Part shown: positions 27,135-37,133 of the stretch, piece after piece
Layout: each line of letters opens with the position of its first letter
Position numbering within the stretch: position 1 is the first letter of the stretch
DNA from: Acutalibacteraceae bacterium
GTDB lineage: Bacteria > Bacillota > Clostridia > Oscillospirales > Acutalibacteraceae
Length of the DNA: 64,000 nucleotides
Assembly (NCBI GenBank): GCA_045629785.1
Contig: JAZQRX010000012.1
Coordinates: 22,135-86,134, forward strand
Reading direction: 5' to 3'
Translations under genes and position numbers: made by a program
Notes under the pieces: model-generated
Told to the model about the DNA's origin: nothing
The model's input: only the letters and a program-made list of their open reading frames with translations
The model's database searches: none

Positions 27135-28384
27135 TGGAATACGGTTGTATAGGTGAGCATCTTACTCATAGCTTTTCAAAAGAGATTCATAATGCCCTTG
27201 CTGATTATGATTATTGTATTCAGGAATTGACACCCGAGCAGTTGCCACAGTTTATGGAAGCTCGTGATTTTAAGGCAATAAATGTTACCATACCGTATAA
27301 AAAAGACGTTATACCTTTTCTAGAGTGGATTTCCCCTGAGGCAAAGGCGATAAATGCAGTTAATACAATCGTCAATGTTGATGGTAAGCTGTACGGTTAT
27401 AATACGGATTTTTACGGACTGAAGTCGCTTATAGAAAGGCAGAATGTAAGTCTTAAAGAAAATTTCGTTGCAATTTTAGGTAGTGGTGGTACATCAAATA
27501 CCGCATTTGCCGTTGCAAAATCAATGGGTGCTTCTGACATTGTTAAGGTTTCACGTACACTTGACAAAGGTTATATCTCGTATGATGAACTGTATGAAAT
27601 TGCAGATAAGGTGAACATAATAATAAACACCACACCCTGTGGTATGTACCCTAATATCGGCAAATCAGCTGTTGATGTTGCACGTTTCAAAAATCTTTTT
27701 GCAGTATTCGATGCTGTGTATAACCCCCTTGTGTCAAAGCTTGTGTATGATGCAAGGCGTAGGGGCATAACTGCAACAGGTGGACTTTATATGCTTGTTT
27801 CACAAGCCGCCTATGCGGTTGAAAAATTCATTGATGCACCTGTTGATAATAACAAGGTTGAAAAGATATATAGTGATTTGTATAAATCAAAAATGAATAT
27901 TGTTCTTGTGGGTATGCCTTCTTGTGGTAAATCTACTATAGGCAAAAAGCTTGCAGAAAGACTTAATAAATACTTTGTTGATACTGATGAATATATAGTT
28001 TCTTGCGATGGCAGAGAAATTCCTCGTATATTCCAAGAGGATGGTGAGGAAATGTTCCGTCAAAAGGAATGTGATGCAGTCATTGAAATTGCAAAAAATA
28101 ATTCAGCTATTGTTGCTACGGGCGGCGGTGTTGTGCTGAATGAAAGCAATATTGATATTTTAAAAGAAAACGGCAGAGTTTATTTTATAGACAGACCCCT
28201 GGATTTGCTTGTTTCAACGGGTGACAGACCCTTGTCAAGCAATAGGTCAGACCTTGAAAAAAGGTACAATGAACGCTACTCGTTATACACCACTTGCGCT
28301 GATGCTATTATTGACGGCACAGGTACAGTTGATGAAGTAGCGCAAAGAATCGAGGCGGATTATTACGGATATACTTGTAATTAA
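27134..28384 (+). CDS. aroE: fused shikimate dehydrogenase (N) / shikimate kinase (C)
   Basis: The N-terminal ~250 aa carry AroE motifs (NVTIPYK, NTDFYG, GSGGTS). The C-terminal part carries the shikimate kinase P-loop GMPSCGKSTIG and ATGGGVV. Confidence 0.85.
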   Translation: MEYGCIGEHLTHSFSKEIHNALADYDYCIQELTPEQLPQFMEARDFKAINVTIPYKKDVIPFLEWISPEAKAINAVNTIVNVDGKLYGYNTDFYGLKSLIERQNVSLKENFVAILGSGGTSNTAFAVAKSMGASDIVKVSRTLDKGYISYDELYEIADKVNIIINTTPCGMYPNIGKSAVDVARFKNLFAVFDAVYNPLVSKLVYDARRRGITATGGLYMLVSQAAYAVEKFIDAPVDNNKVEKIYSDLYKSKMNIVLVGMPSCGKSTIGKKLAERLNKYFVDTDEYIVSCDGREIPRIFQEDGEEMFRQKECDAVIEIAKNNSAIVATGGGVVLNESNIDILKENGRVYFIDRPLDLLVSTGDRPLSSNRSDLEKRYNERYSLYTTCADAIIDGTGTVDEVAQRIEADYYGYTCN

Positions 28385-28799
28385 CGGACCAAATCTTAAT
28401 ATGCTGGGCATTCGTGAGCCCCATATCTACGGCAGAGAAACCTACAATTCTCTCGTTGAAAAAATTGAAAATTATGCTAAAGAAAAGGACGTATATGTAA
28501 ACTGTTATCAGTCAAACCACGAGGGTGACCTGGTCGATGCCATCCAATTTGCTTATGGTAGATTTCAAGGTATTGTCATAAATCCGGGCGCATATACCCA
28601 TACAAGTATAGCAATACTTGATGCGGTGAAGGCAGTTGGTATACCTACTGTAGAGGTACATATATCAGACGTTGACTCCCGCGAGGATTTCAGGAAAATA
28701 AGCTATATAAGACAGGCTTGTTTTAAAACAATCAGCGGTGAGGGTACAGACGGCTATCTTCGTGCTATTGACAGTATTATTGAGAAGGTGACAGAATGA
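28362..28799 (+). CDS. aroQ: type II 3-dehydroquinate dehydratase; start uncertain, probably non-canonical ATT
   Basis: The conserved ILVINGPNLNMLGIREPHIYG N-terminus is encoded from 28371, upstream of the first ATG (28401). GAGG at 28352-28355 precedes ATT 28359/28362. Other motifs: QSNHEG and INPGAYTHTS. Confidence 0.8.
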   Translation: MTDILVINGPNLNMLGIREPHIYGRETYNSLVEKIENYAKEKDVYVNCYQSNHEGDLVDAIQFAYGRFQGIVINPGAYTHTSIAILDAVKAVGIPTVEVHISDVDSREDFRKISYIRQACFKTISGEGTDGYLRAIDSIIEKVTE

Positions 28800-30001
28800 A
28801 TGTAACCATAAAACCTTCTGTTGCCAAAGGCTTTGTAACTCCGCCACCCTCAAAAAGCTACGCTCATAGACTTCTTGTGTGTGCTGCCCTTTGTGAGGGC
28901 GAAAGTGTAATTCAAAATATCGGCACAAATGACGATATACTTGCCACAGCAGATTGCCTTAAAAATATTGGGGCTGATATCAGAATCAACGGCACAACCG
29001 CCACGGTTAAGGGGATTGGTGCAAGGGATAGAAACGATGCTTTATCTCTTTTTTGCAACGAAAGCGGAAGTACCTTGCGTTTTCTTATTCCATTGTCACT
29101 TGTGTTTTCAAAAAAGACAACGTTTTGTGGCAAAGGCAGACTTATGGAGCGTCCCCAGACAGTTTACGAACAACTTTTTGCTGAGAAAGGCTGTTCCATT
29201 GAAAAAACGTCGGATAACCTGATTGTAACAGGTAAGCTTTGCAGCGGTATATATGAGGTTGCAGGGAATGTGAGCAGTCAGTTTATAACGGGTTTGCTTT
29301 TCACGTTACCGTTGCTTGAGGGTGATAGTGAAATTCGACTCACAACCCCCTTACAAAGTGCACCGTATGTGGATATTACTATCGATGTGCTTTCACGCTT
29401 TGGTGTTGATATTGTGAAAACTCCTACCGGTTTTTTTATAAAAGGCTGTCAGGCGTACAAGCCTTGTAACGATGTTTGTGAGGGTGATTGGTCAAACGGA
29501 GCATTCCTTGATGGTTTTAACCTTGCAGATGGTGAAGTGATTCTCGAAAATATGAATTGTCACAGTAAGCAGGGCGATATGATTTATAAGGATTATTTTC
29601 GTCTGTTGTGTGATGGTACACCACAGCTTGATATCAGTCATTGTCCTGATTTAGGTCCCGTTCTTATTGCTTGTGCTGTTCTTAAAAATGGTGCAACCTT
29701 AAAGGGTACAAATCGTCTTAAAATAAAAGAAAGTGATAGGGGAGTCGCTATGGCACAAGAACTTAAAAAGTTCGGTGTCAATATAGAAATAGGTGATGAT
29801 TACATCACAATCCCCCAATGTAAGCTCTGCACCCCTTGTGAAAGCATTGACTGTCACAATGACCATCGTATAGCTATGAGCTTTGCTTTGCTTTGTAGCG
29901 TTGTGGGTGGTACTTTGGTTGGCGCAGAATGTGTTAAAAAAAGTTATCCCGATTTCTTTGAGCACATCAAAAAAATCGGAATAGAATATAAAATCATTTA
30001 A
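28796..30001 (+). CDS. aroA: 3-phosphoshikimate 1-carboxyvinyltransferase (EPSP synthase)
   Basis: PPSKSYAHR, GSTLRFL and DHRIAMSFAL motifs. The start overlaps the aroQ stop (ATGA). Confidence 0.9.
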   Translation: MNVTIKPSVAKGFVTPPPSKSYAHRLLVCAALCEGESVIQNIGTNDDILATADCLKNIGADIRINGTTATVKGIGARDRNDALSLFCNESGSTLRFLIPLSLVFSKKTTFCGKGRLMERPQTVYEQLFAEKGCSIEKTSDNLIVTGKLCSGIYEVAGNVSSQFITGLLFTLPLLEGDSEIRLTTPLQSAPYVDITIDVLSRFGVDIVKTPTGFFIKGCQAYKPCNDVCEGDWSNGAFLDGFNLADGEVILENMNCHSKQGDMIYKDYFRLLCDGTPQLDISHCPDLGPVLIACAVLKNGATLKGTNRLKIKESDRGVAMAQELKKFGVNIEIGDDYITIPQCKLCTPCESIDCHNDHRIAMSFALLCSVVGGTLVGAECVKKSYPDFFEHIKKIGIEYKII

Positions 30002-30020
30002 TTTAAAGGAGATTTTTTAA

Positions 30021-31049
30021 ATGGGTATGAACTTCAAAAGGAAGTTGCCCATTCCCATGGAGATTAAGGAGCAGTTACCCCTTACCATAGAAATGGCGCA
30101 ACAAAAGGTGAAAAATGATGCAGAGATTAAAGCCGTTTTTACAGGTGAATCAGACAAGCTCTTACTTATTATAGGACCTTGCTCGGCAGATTCAAAAGAG
30201 CCGGTGCTTGACTATATTTCACGCCTTGCAGAGATACGCGAAAAGGTAAAAGATAAAATTGTTATTGTACCTCGTATATACACAAACAAGCCCCGTACAA
30301 CGGGCGCAGGCTATAAGGGTATGCTCCATCAACCCGACCCGAATGAAAAACCCGATATGCTTCACGGTATTATTGCTATACGTGATTTGCATATGTGTGC
30401 ACTTAAAGAGTATGGTTTTTCTTGTGCTGATGAAATGCTTTATCCCGATAACTATCGTTATCTTTCAGATCTGATTTCATACGTTGCAATCGGTGCTCGC
30501 TCTGTTGAAAATCAGCAGCACCGCCTTACTTCAAGTGGTATTGATGCCCCTGTTGGTATGAAAAACCCCACAAGCGGTGATTTGTCAATAATGATGAATG
30601 CTATTACAGCGGCACAGAGTAAGCACACCTTTATTTATCGTGGCTGGGAGGTAGAAAGTGAGGGTAATCCTTACGCACATGCTATTATGCGCGGTTTTGT
30701 TGATAGAGATGGGCATAATATTTCTAACTACCATTACGAGGATTTGGCAAATCTTAGCGAAGTATACGCTAAGTCAGGTCTTGTGAATCCTGCGTGTATT
30801 GTTGATGCCAACCACGCAAATTCAGCTAAAAAATACCTTGAGCAGATTCGTATCTGTAAGGATATTATGTATAGCCGTAATCATAACGATGACATCAAAA
30901 AGCTTGTCAAAGGTATTATGATTGAGAGCTATATTGAAGATGGTGCACAGAAAATCGGTGACGGAATTTATGGTAAATCAATTACCGACCCATGCCTTGG
31001 CTGGGAAAAAACCGAAAGACTTATTCTTGATATTGCAGAAGAAGTGTAA
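30021..31049 (+). CDS. aroF: 3-deoxy-7-phosphoheptulonate (DAHP) synthase, class I-alpha like
   Basis: LLIIGPCSADS and PRIYTNKPRTTGAGYKGM resemble the E. coli AroG/F block GPCS...KPRTT. Confidence 0.85.
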   Translation: MGMNFKRKLPIPMEIKEQLPLTIEMAQQKVKNDAEIKAVFTGESDKLLLIIGPCSADSKEPVLDYISRLAEIREKVKDKIVIVPRIYTNKPRTTGAGYKGMLHQPDPNEKPDMLHGIIAIRDLHMCALKEYGFSCADEMLYPDNYRYLSDLISYVAIGARSVENQQHRLTSSGIDAPVGMKNPTSGDLSIMMNAITAAQSKHTFIYRGWEVESEGNPYAHAIMRGFVDRDGHNISNYHYEDLANLSEVYAKSGLVNPACIVDANHANSAKKYLEQIRICKDIMYSRNHNDDIKKLVKGIMIESYIEDGAQKIGDGIYGKSITDPCLGWEKTERLILDIAEEV

Positions 31050-31053
31050 AATT

Positions 31054-31081
31054 AACCCCGAGAGTTTAAACTCTCGGGGTT
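31054..31081. terminator. bidirectional terminator between the aro operon and ychF
   Basis: AACCCCGAGAG-tttaaa-CTCTCGGGGTT, a perfect 11-bp stem followed by GTTTGTT. Confidence 0.8.
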
Positions 31082-31097
31082 GTTTGTTGTAGTTGTA

Positions 31098-32192
31098 TTA
31101 AACGTTAAATCTGAACAGAACAATATCGCCATCCTGCATAACGTACTCTTTGCCTTCAGAGCGTACAAGACCTTTTTCCTTTGCAACTGTCATAGAGCCA
31201 CATTCCATAAGCACGTCAAAGGAAACAACCTCTGCTCTGATAAATCCACGCTCAAAGTCAGAGTGGATTTTACCTGCTGCCTGTGGAGCTTTTGTACCTT
31301 TTTTGATTGTCCAAGCTCTTACCTCGGGCTGACCTGCAGTAAGGTAACTCATAAGACCAAGCAAATCATAGCTACGCTCAATAAGTAAATCAAGACCGCC
31401 TGTTTTAATACCCAGCTCTGAAAGGAACATTTCTTTTTCTTCCTTATCAAGCTCTGCAATCTGTGCCTCAAGCTCTGCACAAATGGGTAGTACCTGACTA
31501 CCTTCCTCTGCGGCAATAGCCTTAACTGCGTTGTAACGCTCGTTTGTAGTGATTTCAGCTGCGAAATCCTCTTCGCTCATGTTACAAGCGTAAATAACAG
31601 GGTTTGATGTGAGCAGGTCAACTGTATCAATAATTGCCTTTTCATCATCTGTAAGGTCAACTGTACGTGCGCAAAGACCATTGTCAAGTGCATCGCGTAC
31701 TTTTTCAAGCACTGATAATTCACCGGCAAGAGTTTTATCACCCTTCATAGCCTTTGTTGTTCTGTCAATTCTTCTGCCGAGAATTTCAGCATCAGAGAGT
31801 ATAAGCTCAAGGTTGATTGTTTCAATGTCACGCTGGGGGTTAACGTCACCGTCAACGTGCATAATGTCATCGTTATCAAAGCAACGTACAACGTGAATAA
31901 TAGCATCAACCTCACGGATATGTGAAAGGAACTTGTTGCCAAGACCTTCACCCTGTGATGCACCCTTAACAAGACCTGCAATATCAACAAATTCAATTGT
32001 TGCAGGTGTAACCTTTGCGGGGTTGTACATTTCACAAAGTGCGTCAAGTCTGCTGTCAGGCACAGCGACAACACCGATGTTGGGTTCGATTGTGCAGAAT
32101 GCATAGTTAGCCGCCTGTGCACCTGCATTTGTAAGTGCGTTAAAAAGTGTGCTCTTGCCAACGTTAGGCAAGCCTACAATACCAAGCTTCAT
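31098..32192 (-). CDS. ychF: redox-regulated ribosome-binding ATPase YchF
   Basis: [21 protein letters not shown] and the C-terminal TGS domain (FIRAEV...). Start at ATG 32192 with an AGGAAG RBS. Confidence 0.95.
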   Translation of the reverse strand: MKLGIVGLPNVGKSTLFNALTNAGAQAANYAFCTIEPNIGVVAVPDSRLDALCEMYNPAKVTPATIEFVDIAGLVKGASQGEGLGNKFLSHIREVDAIIHVVRCFDNDDIMHVDGDVNPQRDIETINLELILSDAEILGRRIDRTTKAMKGDKTLAGELSVLEKVRDALDNGLCARTVDLTDDEKAIIDTVDLLTSNPVIYACNMSEEDFAAEITTNERYNAVKAIAAEEGSQVLPICAELEAQIAELDKEEKEMFLSELGIKTGGLDLLIERSYDLLGLMSYLTAGQPEVRAWTIKKGTKAPQAAGKIHSDFERGFIRAEVVSFDVLMECGSMTVAKEKGLVRSEGKEYVMQDGDIVLFRFNV

Positions 32193-32280
32193 TATAAAAA
32201 ACTTCCTTTTTAAAAAATACACGTCATTTTAACACATAATACCTTTCTTTGCAATATGTTTGTTGGTTTTTAATGAAAAC

Positions 32281-32309
32281 GGGCACACGGGAAAATCAAC
32301 CGTATGCCC
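32281..32309 (-). terminator. terminator of the small basic protein / acidic lipoprotein operon
   Basis: On the minus strand GGGCATACGG-ttgattttc-CCGTGTGCCC (one U-G pair) is followed by a T-rich stretch. Confidence 0.5.
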
Positions 32310-32315
32310 ATAAAT

Positions 32316-32516
32316 TTATTTGAATAACTTTTTCCAACTGAATGATGTTTTGTTATAAACCTTGTTGTATGTTGCCTTTTTGGGATTCTTTATCCATCCC
32401 GAGCCTTTTTTGCCGTAACCGGGGATGAGAGCTTTCTTTACAGCTCTTTTTGCTTTGCCTGTTGTACGCGCTTTAATACTTCGTTTCAGGGAAGGTTTTC
32501 TTATACCAAATTTCAT
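32316..32516 (-). CDS. hypothetical small highly basic protein (66 aa)
   Basis: Lys/Arg-rich ORF 12 nt downstream of the lipoprotein gene, with a GAGG-like RBS. Confidence 0.5.
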   Translation of the reverse strand: MKFGIRKPSLKRSIKARTTGKAKRAVKKALIPGYGKKGSGWIKNPKKATYNKVYNKTSFSWKKLFK

Positions 32517-32528
32517 GATGTTACCTCA

Positions 32529-32990
32529 TTAATACGCACACTTTTTACAAGGACCATAACTTCCACTTACATCGTCGAGGTCTCGTTCCATAGCATTTTT
32601 ACCTGCACATGCCTTGCTGTAGTGATACTTTGAGCCCGTTGGTGTTATATATACAGTTGTACCACTTTTTTGTTCTTCAGTTTCTTCTTCAGTTTCTTCT
32701 TCGGTTTCTTCTTCGATTTCTTCTTTAGTTTGCTTTTCTGTTAGTTCTTCAGTTTGTTCGTTGGTTTCTTCTTCAATTTCTTCGGTCGCTTCTTCGGTGG
32801 TATCTTTTTCGTTTTTCTCTGTGCTTTCTGATGTTGGTTTTTTAGTTGAGGGTTGTATGGTTTCTTCTGTTGTAATTGTTGTTTCTTCGGTTGTTTCTGT
32901 GTTTTCGGTTGTTTCACTACAAGCGATAAGCGACAAAGTGAAACATAGTACAAGTACTACAGATATGATTTTTTTGTTTATATTCTTCAT
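32529..32990 (-). CDS. acidic lipoprotein with Glu/Thr repeat and C-terminal Cys-containing GSKYH...C...CKKC module
   Basis: Signal peptide with lipobox SLIAC, a long E/T-rich region, and the C-terminal TGSKYHYSKACAG...GPCKKC. Confidence 0.65.
   Translation of the reverse strand: MKNINKKIISVVLVLCFTLSLIACSETTENTETTEETTITTEETIQPSTKKPTSESTEKNEKDTTEEATEEIEEETNEQTEELTEKQTKEEIEEETEEETEEETEEQKSGTTVYITPTGSKYHYSKACAGKNAMERDLDDVSGSYGPCKKCAY
32673..32732 (-). repeat. 12-bp in-frame tandem repeat (about 5 units) encoding (E-E-T-E)n
   Basis: TTCTTCAGTTTC TTCTTCAGTTTC TTCTTCGGTTTC TTCTTCGATTTC TTCTTTAGTTTG on the plus strand. Confidence 0.85.
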
Positions 32991-33101
32991 AAAAACACTC
33001 CTCTAAATTTAATTAATATGTTTCGGATAGTATCCGTATATATGGTAATCCTAAAAAGGGGAAATGTCAAGAGGGTAACCCTTTGGTAGAATAATTATGG
33101 A

Positions 33102-33359
33102 GTGATGATTGTGTCAGAATTTAATAGTATTATTGATATAAAAGAATATGGAAAAGTCAGAATAAAACTTGCTGAAATTATGGATGCAAAGGGAATCACA
33201 CGCAATAAAATGCGTAGTCTTACTGGCGTAAAATACGAGGTTGTTGATAGGTATTATAAAGCCGAAAATGTTGAACGTGTTGATCTCGATTTTTTGGCTA
33301 AGGCTTGTTACGTTTTAGATTGTAAAATATGTGATTTGCTCGAATATCAAAATAAGTGA
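33102..33359 (+). CDS. XRE-family helix-turn-helix transcriptional regulator
   Basis: IKLAEIMDAKGITRNKMRSLTGV..., a typical HTH_XRE layout. The true start may be GTG 33111, 8 nt after a GGAG. Confidence 0.7.
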   Translation: MMIVSEFNSIIDIKEYGKVRIKLAEIMDAKGITRNKMRSLTGVKYEVVDRYYKAENVERVDLDFLAKACYVLDCKICDLLEYQNK

Positions 33360-33413
33360 AAAAGTGAATACAAAATTCTCGCCTTACCAATAATATTGGT
33401 GAGGTGATTTTTT

Positions 33414-34292
33414 ATGGATTTCAGAACTGATTTAGCGTTGGAACGAAGGGAAATGCTCAATACTCATATCGACGGTGTTGAGGTTACCGAGTATGAAAAC
33501 GAAGAGTGCAAAACAACCCTGATTAAAATACTGACACCTGAGGCTGCAGAGCGTCTTGGTAAGGGTGTTGGTAAATTTATTACAATTGAAACAGATGCAT
33601 TCTCTGATGCTGCTGTGGTCAGCGATGGCAGACTTTCTGCCCTTGTGAAAAGCATTAAGGCACTTTTACCCAAAGGTGATGGTACTGTGCTTGTGGTTGG
33701 TGTAGGTAACTCTGCTATGACTTCAGATTCATTAGGTCCACAGACTGCTTCACTTATTTTTGCTACCCGTCATATAGGTGATGAACTTCACAAGCAAGCA
33801 GGCTTTGAGGAGTCCCTCAGGTCAGTTGCCGTGCTTTCAACAGGTGTGCTGGGTCAGACGGGTATTGAAACAAGTGAGTATATCAAAAGCATCTGCAATA
33901 CCATAAAGCCCTGCTGTGTAATTACAGTTGATGCCCTTGCGGCAGGTAGTGTTTCGCGCCTTGGTAATACTGTGCAGATGTCAGATACGGGTATTGCGCC
34001 CGGGTCGGGCATAGGTAATACAAGGGGCCGTATTGATGAAGCTTACCTGGGGGTGCCCGTTATTGCAATCGGTGTACCTACTGTTGTTGATGCGCTTTCA
34101 CTTGCAGCCGAGCTTACGGGCGTTGGTCACGGTAAGTTTTCAAACGAAAATCGTAATAAGGGTGAGGGTCTTGTTGTTGCGCCCAAGGATATTGATTTGC
34201 TTGTTAAGAATGCATCGTATCTGTTGGCTATGGCTATAAATTGTGCTTTGCAGCCCACCTTAACACCACAAGAGCTTTATGCACTAATGTAA
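33414..34292 (+). CDS. gpr: germination protease (spore endopeptidase)
   Basis: MDFRTDLALERREM N-terminus and GVGNSAMTSDSLGP. Confidence 0.9.
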   Translation: MDFRTDLALERREMLNTHIDGVEVTEYENEECKTTLIKILTPEAAERLGKGVGKFITIETDAFSDAAVVSDGRLSALVKSIKALLPKGDGTVLVVGVGNSAMTSDSLGPQTASLIFATRHIGDELHKQAGFEESLRSVAVLSTGVLGQTGIETSEYIKSICNTIKPCCVITVDALAAGSVSRLGNTVQMSDTGIAPGSGIGNTRGRIDEAYLGVPVIAIGVPTVVDALSLAAELTGVGHGKFSNENRNKGEGLVVAPKDIDLLVKNASYLLAMAINCALQPTLTPQELYALM

Positions 34293-34321
34293 TATATAGT
34301 GTCACTCCTTCATATTTATAT

Positions 34322-35434
34322 ATGAAAAGGGGTGACGTTGTGGTTTTACACTATGAAAGCTTAAGACGTGTTTTGTGTTGTGTGGTATGTTTTTCCGTTG
34401 TTTTTGCTACGTTAAGGTGGGGTGGCACCTTGGCTGATTCAACACACAGTTGGTTGCATACTGTAGGTGAAAGAAGTCTTAAGGGCGGGTATTCAACAGA
34501 CAGTAACAATGTTGCCGTAAATACTGATGCACCACAAGTGACGGGCTATGGCGGTGGTGGTTATGCCGTCGATAAGGTCAATACTGTGCCCGTTGATATT
34601 GATGTGTTGACCAAAGAGGCAGAGTCGCTTTATAAAACCTACAAAAAAAGCGGTAATATCAAAGAAATGCAGATGGGTGGAAGCTCTGCGTGTGTTAGCT
34701 ACGGAATTATTGACGTTAACAATAAAACCGATGAAAGTATTGATATAAAGTCAATTCTTAACACTAAACCTCACCTTGGCAAAGTAACTAAAGATGAGCC
34801 TTATATACTCATTTACCATACCCATACCACCGAGGGCTATGAGTTGCTTGATTTAGGTTGGTATTCTGACCAGTATAACTCGCGTACAGAGGATGAGTCC
34901 AAAAATATGGTCAGGGTAGGTGATGAACTGACAAAGAGCCTTGAAGGGGCAGGGTACAAGGTTATTCACGATAGGAATATATACGATAAGGCATATAACG
35001 GAGCCTATGACCGTTCACGTGTTATGGTTGAAAAATATCTTGAACAGTACCCATCAATAGTTGTCACCCTTGACGTTCATCGTGATGCCATTAAGTATGA
35101 CAACGGCACCAAGGGTAAGCCTACTGCATTTGTTAACGGCAGAAAAGCGGCACAGGTTATGATAATTACAGGTTGTCAGGGTGATGGCATAACCGACTTC
35201 CCTTTGTGGGAGCAAAACCTTACCTTTGCCCTGCATTTGCAAAATACTGTTGAGGAAAGCTACCAGGGTCTTATGCGGCCTGTGTTTTTTTGCAATCGCA
35301 GATACAATATGAATATCACACCTTGCTCATTACTTCTTGAATTTGGCACTGATGCCAATACTCTTGCAGAGGCTGTTTATTCGGCAGAGCTTATCGGTGA
35401 AAGCCTTGCTAAAATGCTTGATAGTTATAAGTAG
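34322..35434 (+). CDS. spoIIP: stage II sporulation protein P
   Basis: N-terminal membrane anchor, then ILIYHTHTTEGY and VTLDVHRDA motifs. Follows gpr as in many Clostridia. Confidence 0.85.
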   Translation: MKRGDVVVLHYESLRRVLCCVVCFSVVFATLRWGGTLADSTHSWLHTVGERSLKGGYSTDSNNVAVNTDAPQVTGYGGGGYAVDKVNTVPVDIDVLTKEAESLYKTYKKSGNIKEMQMGGSSACVSYGIIDVNNKTDESIDIKSILNTKPHLGKVTKDEPYILIYHTHTTEGYELLDLGWYSDQYNSRTEDESKNMVRVGDELTKSLEGAGYKVIHDRNIYDKAYNGAYDRSRVMVEKYLEQYPSIVVTLDVHRDAIKYDNGTKGKPTAFVNGRKAAQVMIITGCQGDGITDFPLWEQNLTFALHLQNTVEESYQGLMRPVFFCNRRYNMNITPCSLLLEFGTDANTLAEAVYSAELIGESLAKMLDSYK

Positions 35435-35445
35435 AAAGGATTTTT

Positions 35446-35610
35446 ATGGAGTTTGATAGAATTTTTAAGTTTTACACTGTTTTTGCAGTAGTGATTATGC
35501 TCCTGATAACAGTGATATGTCTTGGTTTTGTTATTGTTAAAAGGGCAGATGCTAATCTTAATGGAGCGCAAGATTTGTTAAAGGTTACAATAATTGAACC
35601 TGTTTATTGA
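35446..35610 (+). CDS. hypothetical small membrane protein (54 aa)
   Basis: AAAGGA RBS. One hydrophobic helix (FYTVFAVVIMLLITVICLGFVIV). Shorter than the ORF-track cutoff. Confidence 0.35.
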   Translation: MEFDRIFKFYTVFAVVIMLLITVICLGFVIVKRADANLNGAQDLLKVTIIEPVY

Positions 35611-35748
35611 CAAAATGTTAAAAAATGTGTGTTTTTTTGTAAAAGTGCAAAAATTCTATTGAAATGATGATTGGTTTATTGTAAAATATTAGCAAGAAAC
35701 AGTACACTTAATAGGTGTAATGATTTCATTGTCACAGGAGATGAACTA

Positions 35749-37077
35749 ATGTCAGTTAAGCTTAACACACGTTACCTTGAGGGCTTTGTTAATGATGAAG
35801 ACATCAAAGCAATAGCACCCGAAGTTACTGCAGCGGCTGAGTTGCTTGATTCCCGTACAGGCGCAGGTAATGATTTCCTCGGTTGGATTGATTTACCCGT
35901 TGATTATGATAAAGAGGAATTTGCACGCATCAAAGCAGCAGCAGAAAAAATCCGTAACGACAGCGAGGTTCTTGTTGTTATCGGTATCGGCGGTTCTTAT
36001 CTCGGTGCCCGCGCGGCAATCGAGTTCTGTAAATCACAGAATCGCAACCTTTTTGAAAAACCTCAGATTATTTTTGCGGGTAATACCCTTTCATCTGCCG
36101 CATTGGCAGAGGCTGTTGCACTTTGCGATGGCAAGGATTTTTCCGTAAACGTTATTTCAAAATCAGGCACTACTACAGAGCCTACAATCGCTTTCCGCGT
36201 ATTTAAAGATTTACTCGAAAAGAAGTATGGCAAGGAGGAGGCTGCTAAGCGTATCTACGCTACAACAGATAAGGCTCGCGGCACTCTTAAAGAGCTTTCA
36301 GATCGTGAGGGTTATCAGACCTTTGTTATCCCTGACGATGTTGGTGGCAGATATTCTGTACTTACTGCAGTAGGTCTTTTACCCATCGCCGTTGCAGGTA
36401 TCGATATCGATGCTATGATGAAAGGTGCACAGGATGCCCGTTCAGAGCTTGCAGCAGGTGATGTTTATACAAACGATTGTTACAAATACGCCGCTATGCG
36501 TAACATTCTTTACCGTAAAGGCAAATCAGTAGAAATGATGATTTCTTACGAGCCTGATTATACCCTTATGAACGAGTGGTTCAAGCAGCTCTTTGGTGAG
36601 AGTGAGGGTAAAGAGGGTAAGGGTATTTACCCATCATCAGCAGTATTTTCAACTGACTTGCACTCTCTTGGTCAGTATGTGCAAGAGGGCGAGCGCCTTA
36701 TGTTTGAAACAGTTGTTATGTTCAACAAACCCAAACAGGAGCTTGTTATCGGTCTTGACCCCGAAAATGGCGACGGCTTTAACTTTGTTGCAGGTCAGAC
36801 AGTAGACTATGTTAACAAAAAAGCCTTCCTTGGCACAGTACTTGCCCACACAGATGGTGGCGTGCCCAATATGATTCTTGAAATGGAACAGATGAACGAA
36901 TATGAATTCGGTTATCTTGCATACTTCCTTGAAAAGGCTTGTGCAGTTTCAGGTTATATCTTAGGCATCAATCCATTTGACCAGCCCGGTGTTGAGAGCT
37001 ACAAAAAGAATATGTTTGCTCTCTTGGGTAAACCCGGCTATGAGGAGCATCAAAAAGCTCTCGAAGCCAGACTTTAA
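35749..37077 (+). CDS. pgi: glucose-6-phosphate isomerase
   Basis: [24 protein letters not shown] and [11 protein letters not shown] motifs. AGGAG RBS before ATG 35749. Confidence 0.95.
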   Translation: MSVKLNTRYLEGFVNDEDIKAIAPEVTAAAELLDSRTGAGNDFLGWIDLPVDYDKEEFARIKAAAEKIRNDSEVLVVIGIGGSYLGARAAIEFCKSQNRNLFEKPQIIFAGNTLSSAALAEAVALCDGKDFSVNVISKSGTTTEPTIAFRVFKDLLEKKYGKEEAAKRIYATTDKARGTLKELSDREGYQTFVIPDDVGGRYSVLTAVGLLPIAVAGIDIDAMMKGAQDARSELAAGDVYTNDCYKYAAMRNILYRKGKSVEMMISYEPDYTLMNEWFKQLFGESEGKEGKGIYPSSAVFSTDLHSLGQYVQEGERLMFETVVMFNKPKQELVIGLDPENGDGFNFVAGQTVDYVNKKAFLGTVLAHTDGGVPNMILEMEQMNEYEFGYLAYFLEKACAVSGYILGINPFDQPGVESYKKNMFALLGKPGYEEHQKALEARL

Positions 37078-37133
37078 TAAAATCAGAAATCACGCCGTAA
37101 GGCGAGAAATATAAACGACGGAGGTAAATCACC

